DNA of 63,996 nt, filler included, from Basidioascus undulatus (taxonomy: Eukaryota): NCBI GenBank assembly GCA_000826855.1. It is 6 parts of 6 records of this genome, joined end to end, with 100 filler letters (N's around TTAATTAATTAA, not from the genome) between each part and the next. Parts side by side here need not be neighbours in the genome. Positions count along the whole stretch, not along the records: positions 14,671 to 42,307 come from JTLS01000159.1; 5 more parts are not named here. The stretch is one strand, 5' to 3'. A model generated the notes under the pieces. It saw only the letters and a program-made list of their open reading frames with translations, made no database searches and was not told the origin of the DNA. Made by a program: the position numbers and the translations under genes. Positions 24,779 to 37,600 of the stretch are shown here, piece by piece; within the stretch, counting starts at the first letter, position 1; each line of letters opens with the position of its first letter.

Positions 24779-26994
24779 GGCTGCTGTGGGAAGGCAACTG
24801 GGGTTGGTCGGCGCCGGTTGTCCGTTTGCCCCTGATAACTACCGACAGGCCTCACCACAAAACCCCCACTCAAGCTGGTCAATGCCAATTGAGCTCGCTG
24901 CTGCATGCATGCGTGAAGGAAATGAAGTGTTACGCACCAAAGCCAGGAACTTGTCCACAAACGCGGCCGACTTTGCTCAGGCGATCGGAGTCGGAGGAAG
25001 CAGCTAGGGCATGAAGTCGCCGAGAAGGGCAACGATGGTAACGCTTTCCTTAACTGGATGGGATCACGGCCCACAACGAGAAGGGGTACCTTTGCCCTCC
25101 GGATTAACGCCTTTGAGGTACCTGTAGTAATGTAGCAAGTAATATGAACCTAATTAAGTGTCACTTCTGGTGCCAGATAATTCCTAGCACCAAGCCGGCT
25201 TTGTAGTTAGATCGTTGTCCACAGTTTCATGGGATACGCCCGTCTCCTCGAGCGCCAAGAGAACTCGATGAGACCACCGTCCTCCCTGTATGCAGAACAA
25301 CAATGTTAACCTGACTGCGCGTCGACCTGACCAAAGCTCGCTCTAAAATACCTTGTTGAAGTAGAGCTTAAACGCGGTATTGGATCTCCTCCGACAGTTT
25401 TGAAGGACGAAGTGGTCGTGGCCAACCACGGAGCTCACACCATCTGGGCATAAGCAGTGGCCTGCGGGCGGCCTTAGCACATACCATGAGTTCGACAGAA
25501 GACGTATCCAAGTGTACCTGACCCGAGAAGAGGGGTTCTTGACTTCCTTCTGCCGGTGATTTGCGTTGAAAAGGAGCAGGGACTGGCGGTGCAGCACTTC
25601 CCCTCGCCAGCTTCTCTTGCTTACCTACCCCAGATAATATTAACCCGTTGTTAAGATGAGCCACGTCCCCACCTTAGTGTCGAAGCATCGATCCTTGGTT
25701 GCGGACGGTGAGCTTGGTCTTTTAAAAGCCGAGCAGGCACAAAGGAGAGGAAGCTCAGGTCCGTCTTCGGCATTACCTCCTACGTTCACTTGTCTGACAG
25801 CGTGCCACCGTTTGAACTCGCTGTCATGACTTCCGCTCCCATGGAACTTCCTTGGTGAGAGGAGATCAACAACATGTCCCGAATTATCAACCTTTCACCT
25901 ACCTTGCAGCAGGTCATCTTTGGGGTCTGTCTAACGCGACTGGTACCCGACAAAGACGTGCAAGCTCTCGTAGACGATTTCTTAGGAAAATTGAATCCCC
26001 AGGTGCCACCTCCTTCGCTGTTTCGGAAAGTAGTTGTATTTTTTGGTGGGGTTTCCGGAACTAGCCTAGAGAGATACACCTGGTTCATAGAGCAGATTAA
26101 CGACGGGACGCTCTGGGATATGGAGGAGTACGGTTGTGTGCGGTACTGTAATTTGGGAAGCATCGGGAGGTGAAATGCGGAGGTTGAGAAAGGGACCTTG
26201 GTCGCGTGCAGTTTAGGGATATGAACATGCGCTTTGAATTAAATGTTGATGCCCACAAATCGGTGCTCTTCTACCCCCAAGCCTGAGTCATGTTTGCATC
26301 CAGCTTGATGTTTGAAAGGGTGACAAACGAAAGGCTGCCCAATATCGCTGAATGGTGTTGGTGTATTAGCTTCCAAAGACTCGGCTAAGAAAAGTTGTCA
26401 GGATCGTTCCTGCTGCTCGAGTGTGTAGAAGCCTCAGGGCTGCCTTCCTCTTTCTTTCTTCGTCATCGCAATTTGCCACGCCCAGATACACCTACCATCT
26501 GGCTCACCTATCCTTTGAAGATTATATCCAAAATAAAAATAAGCCCCACATTTCTACATGAAGGTGATAATTAGCTCAATTGGAGCCCCCGGGATCCTCT
26601 CAAAGCGAGCCCCCCCAACCTGTCGTTGCCATCCAGACTGCACACCGGCAGCTTTTCCCTACTCATCTTATGAACAGAAGAATCCAAGCATTTCAATACT
26701 CAAGTTTCAGAACCAAAATTCCTCCTTCTGACAGAAAGTACATTCCTCGACCAGTTCGAATCGCCATCCGCCTCCGCTGGCGCTGTTCCTTGCCCCTGCG
26801 ACCATGCCAGTGCCTCCGACGCGTGTCCTCCGCCGGCTGACTGCTTATCACTTTCTCCACGTCGAAGGTAAAAAGCCTTGACCTGTCAGGTTTTTCTCTT
26901 TTTCCTCACTTCATCCCGTTCTCCCATTCCTCACCGAGATTCCACCCTGTACGGTCCCTCCAAATCCACCCCTCGCCTTCAAGCAACTTCTACG

Positions 26995-27624
26995 ATGCTC
27001 TTCGTCTCGCTCAAGCCCACCACCACTACCTTCTTCCGCTCCGTCTTTCTCCGCATCAAGTCTTCCATATCGTCCGGGCGCTGGCTATCGACGGCTTTGC
27101 AGAGCGCGATGCCGTACGTCTTGCTCGCAGCCTGTCTACATCCACATCCCAAGCAGTCAGTCTGACAAACTTCGCCCACCCTCTTCTACAGGCCCTCTCC
27201 AAGTCTGCTACCCTTCCCCTCCTCCCTTCATCCCCACCTACCCCGATTTCGACATCGACCACTTCCTCCTCCGCCCCGTCCCGCGAGTCCGCAATGCCAC
27301 ACCGCAGCAAGTCGACTTCCTCCTCGCGTTTCATCGCCGCTGTCGAGCAGGAGCAGACGGCGTTGCGCCCGCGTCCCCACCGTTCTGTGCCCCCGGGGGA
27401 CTTTGGTCGAGGAGGATGAGGAGGAGGAGGGGCTCGACGACCTCCTCAATGCCTTCCCTATCCCCCCTCCCCTCTCCGATGTCGACTGGCCCGCGTCGCC
27501 CTGCTCGTCCATCTCCTCGCTCGGTCCGCTCACGCAGCCCGCGAGCTCTCTGCGGGCGGGGTCTGAGTCGGGCGTGAAGACTCGGGTAGTTAAGAAGGTT
27601 CGGTTTGAGGAGGAGGCGGTCTAG
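26995..27624 (+). CDS. Two-exon 183-aa low-complexity protein ending in an RVxF-type motif
   Basis: Exons 26995-27113 and 27192-27624 (GTACGT..CTGAC..TACAG intron) join into one open frame of 552 nt ending DDLLNAFPIPP...VVKKVRFEEEAV*. Confidence 0.6.
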
Positions 27625-28959
27625 TGGGCTCCGACGGCGTGGGTGAGCTGCGATGGGAGTTCGACGGGTGGGGACTGCTCGCTGGTCGGGCGGTGGCGTT
27701 GCTTGCTTTATGGTTTCTGAGAACGAATGTACTGTCCGGATCGGATCGCCTGTTGTTGTTCTCGTATCCAATTATTGCCTAGCTGTCCTTCGTTGTTTGA
27801 TCTGCTTAGCAATCCGCTACCGAACAACACAGCTGGAAACGTTTGTCGACGTTGTTCAACAGAGGGATGCCTGTTCAGTCGTATGGGAACCCTCTCAATA
27901 TGCGCTTTATATTTTTTAACAATGTTTTCACTCCAACACGTGCGCTGGTTACAGAAACGCGAACCACAGTGCTGCTGTACGAGTCCCTCCCCCGCAGGCT
28001 GGGACAGCGTGATCACGAGGCCGCCAAGCTGTCGATCGCCGGCTTTCTGAACAATTTCCCCAGACAATTACACTTCCCTTTGTTCCTCTCCTAGAATGTA
28101 GTCCCTCTGAGGGCCATCTCGCCTGCACGGCGACGCACACGGGGCGCTGTATGATGACCTGTCCCCCGGGTCGGGAAAACGACTCGCTGCCTGAGAACCA
28201 CGGCTTTCCTACCAAATTATAAGAGTTGGAGAGATCTGGAAGAAGAACTCTCTCAGCGCTGTGTAGCCGCTCGGGATCACGAACGGTTGCCAGACTGCCA
28301 GACCACTGGACCGGTATTAGAGCTTTTGCTTCTAATATGTCATCCACTACAAACATACCAGTCCCTCTTGCTCATGTGATTTATGTCACTATGAGCCATC
28401 CGGCATTTCACCCACTTGCAGCCGCTTCCACTCAAGCCAGCGTCGGGCATCTTGCCGGAAAGGCAACGCACTGCCGTGCCCTTCCGACCGCGCTCGTGCT
28501 ATGAAAGAGGGTATGTTGGGGTAAGCCTGGTCCTTCAACCATCCGTCAGGCATGGGAGATGAGCAAAAGAACCAATAGTCAATGCTCTCGCCGTCCTAAG
28601 ATATGTTCGGGTGGCATATCTTACAGGTCTATTTCTCCATCAGGCGTTTTACGCTCAGACCATCCGCCGTCAGCTCGTCTCGTCCCCAACCGCGTTCTGT
28701 ACCTGAGGGCACGAGGCCGCGTGGCGCAGGTAAAATATAGCACAGCATCGTTTTTCCTCGATGGCATCCTCTCCCCCTAACCACCACCTTCCCTCTCGAT
28801 CCATCAGGCGACTCAATGGCTTTGCGGTCGCAGCGCGCTGCTGCCGTCGTCGTGCTCGCGGTTTGGCAGGGGCAGACCGCAGCGGGGACTACCAGCAGAG
28901 TGGGTGGGAAGGGTGCAGGTTGGCTGGGGACAGGACAAGAAGCAAGGGCTGGACAGAGT

Positions 28960-30430
28960 GGGGACTAGGGACAGGAGAGGCAAGATCTGATGGAGAGTGA
29001 GGCTAGCTAACCAGGGGGCTTATATAGACAAGAGAGAGGGGGTGGAGCATGCTGTGGCTTGCCATCCCATTTGACATGACCTGAGCTATGCAGAAGTCAT
29101 GTTCTTCAGTGACCCTTGCATCATACATGAGGAGGCAGTCAGATGGGTATCTGAGGAGATACATGATCATGTCATGCACGCGGCAGCAGCAGTGGGGATG
29201 GGGTGCATCAAAGTCCATCAGCACCTCCTGACCCTGATGTAAACCATGCAGAGCCTGGCAGTGAGTACTTCAAAAAATCTTTTTCAAGTCAAGGGCATGG
29301 TAACACTCATCACGGTGGAGAGTGTAGGTTTGGCCTGGCGTGCCTGTCAAAAAGGAGCCTGATGCATCATGGGGAGACCTGCTCACCCATGAGATCCTCA
29401 TTGCTTGTGAGCAGCTCAGTTCCTCCCATCCATTGATTGTGTCTCTGATTCTTCTGAATTTAACAGTGGAAGTTGCCCACTGCAATGAGTCCCTCCCAGT
29501 GCTCCTCGAGGAGCTTCAGCTCTGGAACACTGCCGGTGTATATGTGAGTAAGCATTGCGAGGGATCAAAAGCACCTGTTACAGGTTAGTTGACTCTTGAT
29601 GAACCCCACAGGCTGTTGGCATTGTCATCAAGCACTGCAAGAATTCACAGAGTTTATTCAAGTGCATCCCTGAGACAGCTGACTGGATGTCTGTAGCTCA
29701 TTGACATGCTGTCCTCTTGCTTTCTTGTTGAGCACTACAGCTATGCCCAGGTCATCACTGTCTTCCTCTCACATCGCAACAACCAGAACCTGTTCAAGAT
29801 GGACAAGTACAAGTACAACCTGCCTGAGGCACTGGTGTGTGAGGGTTGGGTGCCTCCTGCAAACAGTAATGACAGCGACAAGTATGCAGAAGATCTCAAT
29901 TCATCCTACAGTCATTCCCTCACTCACTTGAATTGAATGGTGATGGCAGTGCCATTGTGCATGACAATGTGGGGAGTGACCCTCAGGGCCCGATGGAGGA
30001 CATCTTCGCTTATGCTCTCCACCTTTGCAACATCAGGCTAGGAATGCTTGAGAACTAGGATGGCCACAATGTATTGGCTTGACCTGGTTCTTCAAATCTG
30101 AATGCCTGGATTGGCTGCAAAAGGCTGAGCCCCTGTACCTCTCACTTCCAGAGTTGTGCAGCGAGCTTGCGACAGCTCTGCAGTCAGTCCTTGGGAAGCG
30201 CTAGTGAACAGCCTGGTCTAGTTGATAAGCATAATGAATCAAATTTCATTGGTGATATACACCCAGAGCCTGCCTCACTCGCAACTGCAAAGGGTTCAGG
30301 GAGGCTCAGCGAAGGAGCAAAATGGAGAGCCAGTCTGACGTCACATGCCGGTGTTGATCCTGGTGGCTTTGTTTCTCACTTAGGTGCTGCCAGGTTGCTG
30401 CTGTTTGGGCTCCCTCAATCTTTCTAAGCA
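28960..30430. mobile_element. Strongly CpG-depleted tract, probable methylated transposon relic (family unassigned)
   Basis: Abrupt loss of CpG with excess TG/CA relative to flanks; broken ORFs; no recognisable domain. Confidence 0.4.
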
Positions 30431-31089
30431 TGCATTTTTTGAACAGTCCGAGTATAGAATTGGATACACAAACGCTGCCCCCCCCTATATAGTCACGTGA
30501 TCGCGCTAGTCACGGGACCCGCTCGCTCTTGTACCCACGCGCCTCCTGTTCATGAACCGCATCCTGACCATCATCACGCTCGTGTGCCCTGTCCTCGCTC
30601 TCAGTAGCTCAACTCTCAGCCTCAGCTTTAGCAGCAATCAGGGGGTTGACACCTCCATCGTCACCACTTAAAAGGGAGTAGCATGGAGTAGGGTTCTGTA
30701 GCCTCCCACGCTCTTCACCAGACCTGAAGGCGATTTGTTGCGACAAGTTGCAGGAAGCATGGTATTGTCACCAACAGCATTGTCAACCGATGACCACTCC
30801 TGATATGATTAGATATTTTTATGTAGATCACGAGCAAGCAATCTACTGAGAAATGTAGATACAAGACTGCGTGGGATGGACACAGACTCTGCATTTGATG
30901 CATTTGATGACCGGGACAAAGGCATTCGGGATGCCCCCCACGTTCCGAGCGTGACCGACCAAGCACCTTTTGTACTCCTGCGGAGAACACGCCTACGTAT
31001 TCAGACTCTCTTCAATCCCTATCTATTCAAGGGGATCTATTCAAGGGGATTACGCACCCTCGTTGTTCTGCACCACCATGAGCACTGCA

Positions 31090-31905
31090 TCACTCCCTCT
31101 CACCTTCGCGGCTACCCCGGCTCTTCCTGTCTTCCTCACGCGCCGGGGATTTAGCGCGCACTGGGCTCCTGCTGCGGCTTCTCTCCTCATAGCGGTCACG
31201 CTCCCTGCCGCGCTCAGCACCATTGTTGTCGACCCTCCCACGCTCCCTGCTGCGCTCACGGCGGTCGTCCCGACGAGGAGAGCGCTCCAGCTCGTCGCGC
31301 CGGGCAGGCGAGCGCTCTCGCTCGTCGCGCCGAGCAGGGGAGCGACTTCTGTCCCGATCACTTGAACGAGGGGGAGGGCTGCGGCGGGCAGATGGAGGCG
31401 AGCGACGAGCGTCATCATAGCGCCAATGGCTGGACGGCGTGTTGCGCGCACGCTGGCGACAGGGATTTCATCAACCCATGGAGAGCTTGGCAAAGAGTCG
31501 TATGGTGAACTCACCTCGACCAGCAAGCGGCCACCATCGTGGAGGCGCCGGTTGTGCATGTCCCTGATAGCATCGTCCGCATCCCTCTCATCAACGAACT
31601 CCACAAATGCATAGCTGCCCAGAGACCAAACAGGAATACGTCAGCCAGGACCACTTGAGTGAGCGTGGAGAGTCGGCGGAAGTCGGTACTCACGGGTTCG
31701 ACCTAGCCGTCCGGAGAGCAGGGATATCACAGCGAATCAGCTTCCCAAAGCGCTCAAACTCGTAAGCACTGCCGAAGAGGTCGAAAGGTGTGCGGTCAGT
31801 GTGCGGCTGGGGTATGCCACCGCTGCGACGCGCCGCGACGACGTACAGATCCCGTGCGCGAGTGAATGGCGGGAAGCCAGACACGTAGAGAACGCAGCGC
31901 GACAT
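31090..31905 (-). CDS. SR-type pre-mRNA splicing factor (RRM + RS/RD tail; S. pombe Srp1-like)
   Basis: MSRCVLYVSGFPPFTRARDL|AYEFERFGKLIRCDIP...|YAFVEFVDERDADDAIRDMH...|...RSRSPARRDERERSP...; stop TGA at 31090-31092. Confidence 0.9.
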
Positions 31906-32198
31906 AACGTTCCGATAAGCGAAGGCTGTGAGGTGAAGAAAGGGGGATGATGAGGGACGATGAAGTGGTATGGAACGAGGAGGCGCATTCTCGTTCTCTT
32001 CATGAGGGCAGGCTTGCAGGCCGCGGATATTCTGCGGATTGCTCCACGGATTGTTCCACGGATCGCTTCCATCGCGCGTCTCCGCACCGACCACTCGCGA
32101 CTTCGCCATCACCTTCTCCATCCTCAATCCCGTACACTTCATTCCCTTCACGCTCGCTTTCTCATCTCGATCACGCTAACAAACTCGGTCTTGCCAGA
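31906..32198. promoter_or_regulatory. Compact bidirectional promoter (SR factor / NDUFA6)
   Basis: 293 bp between divergent ATGs; four CGGAT motifs at 32024, 32035, 32047 and 32059. Confidence 0.6.
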
Positions 32199-32856
32199 AT
32201 GGCGACTATTCCCTCTCGTCTCGCTGCTGCCACGCGCACCTCGGGCTCGTTCGACGTCGCCCGCAAGCGCGCACTTACTCTCTACCGCGACTGGTACCGC
32301 GCGGTGCGTCTGAGCGAGCTCTTCGTCCGTCGTGACCGCAACAGCGTCTCATTGGAGTGCCATCGCGATCAGGCCCCCAGCATCATCACCCTCTACTCTC
32401 TTAACCTCCCCCCGTCGACCATCCGGGCCAAGGTCAGGCAGGAGTTCGAGAAGCACCGTCACCTCGACGACCTCAACGTCATCGACCTCGTGCTGCTCAA
32501 GGGTCGCCAAGAGTACCAGGAGACCATGAACGTTTGGAAGCAGGAGACGCACCTGATGCGCTGGTTTATGGCGGAAGAGGTACGTCGTCTTCTGTATCGA
32601 CTCCTTGGGTGCTCTGGGGGACCGCATCTCATTCTCCTCTGCGTCCATTACTCGCCAGGCACCAGGTACGCGTCCTCTTACAGCGTCAATTTACCCCGGG
32701 AAACTTATTCTTACTGTTGTCTACGCCCATCAGCCAAGCCTCAGACCTTTTTGGAGAAGTTCTACGCAGGGTGGGTGCAACTGCTCACGAAGCCGCACCG
32801 CCGTAGCTGATGTTGATATCTTCCGTTTGTGTAGGCGCGACGAGGACCAAGTTTAG
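32199..32856 (+). CDS. NDUFA6: NADH:ubiquinone oxidoreductase alpha subcomplex subunit 6 (B14/LYRM6)
   Basis: RKRALTLYRDWYRA|APSIITLYSLNLP...IRAKVRQEFEKHR...VIDLVLLKGRQEYQETMNVWKQETHLMRWF...FLEKFYAG|RDE. Confidence 0.95.
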
Positions 32857-33410
32857 AGCGATTGCTGCAATGCATTCACATACATGGCGGGAGAGCGTTC
32901 TCATGCTTGTTTGACTTCATGGCCGGTTGCAGTCGACGGATTGTCCGGCAGGATTGCCCCACCACTGAAGAGACTACGAGTGTCTGCAACACACGAGTTC
33001 TTGCGCCCGAAAAAAACGTGCAACGATTGTGGAAAGCTTTCCATTGTGGCTGGCTTGACTTGTACGAAACGGAAACTTCCTTGACTGTGCTCAACCTGAC
33101 ACAAGCGAACTAATCACATTGTAACTGGTCGGTAGCCGGTAGTGCGCTGGTGAGAGCCACTGCATGCTGCAATTCTTTGATAACCGACAGAAACGCTTGG
33201 AACGCAAACGGATAGTCAAGGCTTGTTTGGGCTCGTCCGTCTAACCGGCACAGTTCGACTGTCCCACTTGGTCCCACTCACGCGCACTCACGCATTCGTG
33301 ACTGCCGCAGCCGGAGCCGGACAAGGATGAACGACTGACGAACTGGTCAAGCAAAGACCACGTCGTCTAGGATAGCACTTTGTGAGCTTGAGATTCAACG
33401 AGACAAGCGA

Positions 33411-33446
33411 GAACAAAGAGCAAACAAACAAAGGGATGATGACTCA
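33411..33446 (+). promoter_or_regulatory. Cluster of HMG-box sites including a pheromone-response-element match ACAAAGGGA, plus TGACTCA
   Basis: GAACAAAGAG (33411-33420), ACAAAGGGA (33428-33436), TGACTCA (33440-33446), ~150 bp upstream of the STE14 ATG. Confidence 0.45.
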
Positions 33447-33583
33447 GCGCCTCCCTCACAAATGCCAGTCGCGTCTCGCCGCCTCGCCATCTCCATCTCT
33501 TCCCTCCTTCCCGTGTTCCTTCGACTCGCTCACTCGGCCTTCGCCTTCGCTTCCCTAATCCTCATACTTCCATAGGATCGACA

Positions 33584-34645
33584 ATGGCGACACCAGCGCC
33601 TACGCCGCTTGAAGGGCAGACCTCTACGCCAGCCCTGGACCGATCGAAGTCCGGCACAGCGCTTTACACCTTCCAACTCGCCAATCCTCCACACGTCCAC
33701 CAGTCTCTGCCCAACACGCCATTTGCCATATCTCTCATTGCCTTTGTCCTCGGCACGGTCTTCAGCCCGTCGCTCATCCTTGGCTTGCGCGTCCTTGGCG
33801 TCTCGGCTTGGGAATGGGTCGGCGAGCACGGTTCGGGAGGACAGTTGGCTCTGTACTTCGCGGTCCTTTCATGGTTCCACCTGTGGGAGTTTCTGAGCAC
33901 GGCGGGTTGGGGGCCGAGCAAGCTGTCGGTTGATTGTGAGTGGACCTGCATGTTAAACTGTCACCTCACGCTTACAATCGTGCTCGTCAGCGTATCTTCT
34001 GAACAACGGTTACGACTACGCCTTCGCTCACGTCTTTGGCCTTGCAACGCACCTCATCATAATGTACCTTTTTCCCTCGTTGAGACAGACAGGGTGGTGG
34101 ACGATTCTGGGTGCGTTTCCCTGACCACCTTGTCCGGAGCTTGTGCTGACTTGTCATGGTGCCAGGCCTGCTGTTCGTCGTTCTCGGACAGGTCTTACGC
34201 ACACTTGCAATGGTCCACGCGAGCGAGAGCTTCAGCCATTTGGTGGCACTGCAAAAGAAGCAAGATCACGTCCTCGTCACTACCGGCGTATACTCGTGAG
34301 CTTGCACAGAGTTTTTTCCCGGTTCACTTGACAAACCTCCCTTCCATCATCAGATACTGGCGCCATCCCTCATATTTCGGCTTCTTTTATTGGGCGATCG
34401 GCACGCAACTTCTGCTGTCGAACCCTATCGGCGCTTCCGCTTTCGCCATTGTGCTGTGGAGATTTTTTTCGCATCGTATCAAGGGTGAGTTATGCGGCAG
34501 GCGGGCGGGTTGGCGTTTCAGGTATCACATTCTGACAATGCATGGAACGGTGGCAGTGGAAGAAGTCTATTTGGTCAAGTTCTTCGGGAAGGACTACGTA
34601 GCGTATCGCGAACGTGTCAGGACCTGGATACCGCTTATTCATTGA
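33584..34645 (+). CDS. STE14: Protein-S-isoprenylcysteine O-methyltransferase (ICMT), multi-exon
   Basis: FHLWEFLSTA; FLLNNG-type exon; RHPSYFGFFYWAIGTQLLLSNP; EEVYLVKFFGKDYVAYRERVRTWIP. Confidence 0.95.
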   Translation: MATPAPTPLEGQTSTPALDRSKSGTALYTFQLANPPHVHQSLPNTPFAISLIAFVLGTVFSPSLILGLRVLGVSAWEWVGEHGSGGQLALYFAVLSWFHLWEFLSTAGWGPSKLSVDCEWTCMLNCHLTLTIVLVSVSSEQRLRLRLRSRLWPCNAPHHNVPFSLVETDRVVDDSGCVSLTTLSGACADLSWCQACCSSFSDRSYAHLQWSTRARASAIWWHCKRSKITSSSLPAYTRELAQSFFPVHLTNLPSIIRYWRHPSYFGFFYWAIGTQLLLSNPIGASAFAIVLWRFFSHRIKGELCGRRAGWRFRYHILTMHGTVAVEEVYLVKFFGKDYVAYRERVRTWIPLIH

Positions 34646-37600
34646 TCGCGTCCTTGCATATGTCATGTAGACTTTTTGGTGCTTTAATATTCATGGGTTC
34701 GATTGCGAGTCTCGGCAAATGGCCTGCCTAGGTGTGCCGTTAGATTGGAAAGGCCTCATTCTGCGGTCTGACTCTGCGGGTGCATCGGGTGCATCACAAT
34801 GGGGCAAAGACAAGAAACAACGTTGCGCAAGGACAAGAGGATGACAACACCAGTCGAATTCACAATGCCCAACGCCACCAAGTCCTACCATACCGCCAGC
34901 GACGGCCGAAGGAGACAGACGTCCGGGTCCGGGGCTCACCACTCTATATACCTTGCCACGGCCGTAGATCACATATGTAATTCTCTAATGCAAGAGACAC
35001 CCCTTTGAAACAAAGGAAATCTTAAAATGAAGACAGCAGGATCTACAGGGAGTTTCTCATTCCAGCACAGCCAACTGCAACGATGTCGGTGCGGATATAA
35101 TCGTGGTTCGCCACTCTAAGACGCCTGGATCTGGCCACATTAGTCTAGCGGTCTATCATACCCGAATATATTTAATGATGCTTTTGTTAAGGGGGGATAC
35201 TGCGGCTGCCTGTTGATGCACAACTATCGGTATGGCTACAGCTTTTGACGGCCATAGCCTAATAGCGTGGAAGATTCTGAGCAATTCCACCAAGTATTTC
35301 TTCAAGTAGGAATATGCCAATGCTTAGCAGTTTAATTACAAACCTTGCATTCTCACTAAGATCACCGGAGCGGCCAGCAAGGCGGTGTATGAGCTCAGCT
35401 GCCTCATGGTCTTCTTGAACTGCAACCAGTTGGAACTGCAATAGACTCTTACTCAATTTTTTCAAAATGCGTTGGTGGCCTAGAATGCTCCACAGGATTT
35501 GGGCAGGTCTGCAAACAAGCCGGTCGCTTCTTGAAAGGCTTTGGGGACCTTGCGAGATGACTGCTGAAGTTATTCAGGCATAATGCACACACCAACAGGA
35601 GCGCCTTCTTGATTACACTATCAGGCATGGTAGTGACATAGCTAATGAATAGTCAAGACTAACAAAATCCTCCACGATCTGGCAGGCCATGTCTTTGTGC
35701 CTGTTTGCCATTGGGCACCCAGTACATGCAGCTGAGGACCATGCTATGCAGCACCAGACGCTTTGGGGCTGTTGATTTCTTGGTAAAATCCAGAAACCAA
35801 ATTTAAGTAAAAGTTGACCACAATGGTTGCCTTGCTGCTGGGGTTGCCCTCCATGTAAGAGTACTCCCGTACCCCAGCTTTTACAGTGTGTTGTGGACGG
35901 CTTGTCTCACCTCTTTTTTAAAAAAAATCAAAATATTTGAAATCATCTGCCTCATCGTCACCGGTGAAACACTGACGGCCACCAAGCCTCAGATTTTCAG
36001 CATGATTTCAAGTGTGTCCTGTTCTGCTTGTGCCTCGATGTCCACAGCCGCGGAACACGGACGAACTTGTCAACATACGTGGCCTTCTTTCCTCAGCACT
36101 TGTATTTCCTCCCATCCACACAGGAATTTATGCTCACATTGGTGGTACTTAGATGAGACCGCACAGAGTCATCACAATTACATGTGCACTCTCGAGCTTT
36201 CTGGGGTTATGGAGCAAGTCCTAGTATTCTTGTTCCCATCCATTCGGTTTGCGATTACTCATGCCCAGCATGTGCCTGGTCCTTCACCAAGCAGCCTTTA
36301 TTTGTTTTAGGTGCACACTGTGTCTTTTGATTTTTAATCCTGCATGTGTAATTTCACGTGGTTCGGGTCTGACCTTTTTTGTCTGCATGGCGCGTGGCTG
36401 ACGTGCTCTATTGGCTGAGGCCTGATGCGGAACAGAGTCCAAGTCTGACCTGACAAATGAGATAGATTCTGCACTGTTGTCATTGCTATGATCCGACAAG
36501 GGGAACAATAGGGCAAAGCTGGGGCAACAACCATTCGAAAGTCCAAGCAGGCTGGTGGATCAAAGGTCACAGTAGTGCGCTCTCTCACAAGCATCTCAGT
36601 GCAGGTGCAGCTTTTGGCAGAAAAGGCACGTGATTAGGACTGAACAAAACAAGTTATTTTCAACGATATAAAGTGTACAAAGAAAGGTATCACAATAGTA
36701 CATCAAATGAATACGCTATCATTGCCTCGCAGGGCAGAGGGTGGGAAGGGCAGTCATTGCAAGAGCGATCTGCATTGGGAAGTAGGAGGTCACGTCCACA
36801 TCAAAGGGCAAAAAAAAAACCCCCAATGTTCGATGACGTACAGCTTACGTCACGATAGACAGAGTTCTGGCTCATTTCGACACGGCAGGAAAACTCTTCC
36901 TCATGTTAACCACCAGGGGAACTTGAAAGGTATGTTTTACCGTATATAACATCCGCATAAAGGCCGCAACTAATATGTGAAGAGCTGTTGATGAGATTGT
37001 GGTCTTCAATGCCACTTGTGCTCCTTTGGACTGCCAGTCAATACCGCAGCCGACATGCCTCATTGTGGGAAACCCTCCTTGTCCGAAGGAGATGGCGGAA
37101 CATTAGTATTACGATTGCGCTTGTTACTGTTTTGTCCTTCCAATGTCCAAACCTCACCCTGTCATTTCAGCACTGGAAATCTCCGGTCTGTCAACTTGTC
37201 CACCGAAATGCATCGTAGACTCACTGTCATATGTGACCATTCATTCACGGATAACTTTAAATGATCTTCAGTGTAATGCTGAAGCACATTCTCAAGCTCC
37301 GCAGTGCTGCGTGTGATTCTCAACCGCGATTGAAATCACCGCGGTTCTCTGAATACTTTAACCTGTCCACAACACTTGGCTCTTAACAGGCTCATATGTA
37401 TGCTTATTGCAAGATTCTGAAGAACCGTTAGTCTTTTATGAGTATGGAAGTCACCTTTACTGCAAAGGGGGATTCAAGAAATGAAAGGCAGCGAGGAATG
37501 GGCTGAGGTTCAGGGGCGGGGTTCCCTGGAGCACCTAGTTATGAGAGAGAAGGCTTGGAATGAAATTCTCCACGACACGGTCTGTTGCAGCGAAGATTAT

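Noticed and set aside
25100..26200. Short protein-like ORFs (e.g. 25874-26173)
   Set aside because: No recognisable motif or consistent splice model
30440..30655. Possible solo LTR (TATA-like box, ends ...TTGACA)
   Set aside because: No matching 5' terminus, target-site duplication or second copy found in the window
30715..31103. Possible alternative 3' intron (30978-31103) extending the SR protein by ~87 aa
   Set aside because: Splice sites are in frame, but the branch point is weak and the extension is not protein-like; unsupported without RNA data
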